Shown here piece by piece: positions 63,921 to 64,000 of a DNA stretch of 64,000 nucleotides. Positions within the stretch are counted from its first letter, which is position 1. Each line of letters opens with the position of its first letter. The notes beneath the pieces are model-generated. The model had not been told where the DNA came from, searched no databases, and saw only the letters and a program-made list of their open reading frames with translations. A program made the position numbers and the translations under genes. This DNA comes from Paragordius varius (lineage: Eukaryota > Animalia > Nematomorpha), in contig OZ176060.1 in the NCBI GenBank assembly GCA_964247055.1, positions 744,001 to 808,000 of the forward strand. Direction: 5' to 3'.

Positions 63921-64000
63921 AAAATTTTAAATAAATTTAAAAAAAAACTTTTTATATATCAGCTGTTAATTAAAATATTTTTTATGTTTTATTTTTATCT

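Noticed and set aside
1-64000. CAGCTGTTT as a nematode piRNA Ruby motif (CTGTTTCA)
   Set aside because: The CA after CTGTTT is rarely present, sites are palindromic, and they occur within exons; this does not fit the Ruby architecture.
1-64000. Transposons, tRNA or rRNA genes, organellar origin
   Set aside because: No transposase/RT ORFs, terminal repeats with target duplications, or cloverleaf/rRNA-like segments were seen. Spliceosomal genes show that the DNA is nuclear despite the AT content.

Overview
Extremely AT-rich eukaryotic DNA, probably from an invertebrate animal (species not identifiable from sequence). G/C survives almost only in exons, in copies of exon ends, and in two short motifs. 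I reconstructed genes by hand from the GC islands; every exon junction checks for GT-AG and reading frame. Order on the + strand: (1) terminal exon of a chitin-binding (CBM14/peritrophin-A) gene, 105-219. (2) An array of about 8 copies of an orphan coding-like exon with splice donors, about 1085-4100. (3) A 12-exon Pro/Ser/Thr-rich CBM14 gene, 4633-17002, with no start found. (4) A 76-bp invariant element, then about 4.2 kb of same-strand ATCGTCTGC motifs. (5) A cyclin A copy with exons 1-6 only (24640-30060), cut by a duplication breakpoint near 30195. (6) A third CBM14 gene, 30813-46614, in frame with the truncated cyclin. (7) The 76-bp element and ATCGTCTGC array again. (8) A complete 10-exon cyclin A, 55008-63340, 700 aa. 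The window is therefore a 26-30 kb tandem duplication whose junction may create a cyclin A::chitin-binding chimera. Three patterns are not explained by the genes: a pervasive AWCAGCTGWT palindrome that is also written into codons and splice sites; strand-polarised ATCGTCTGC arrays running up to the cyclin A start codon; and systematic reiteration ('stuttering') of exon ends, with their splice sites, into adjacent introns. Motif counts are by eye, not computed.
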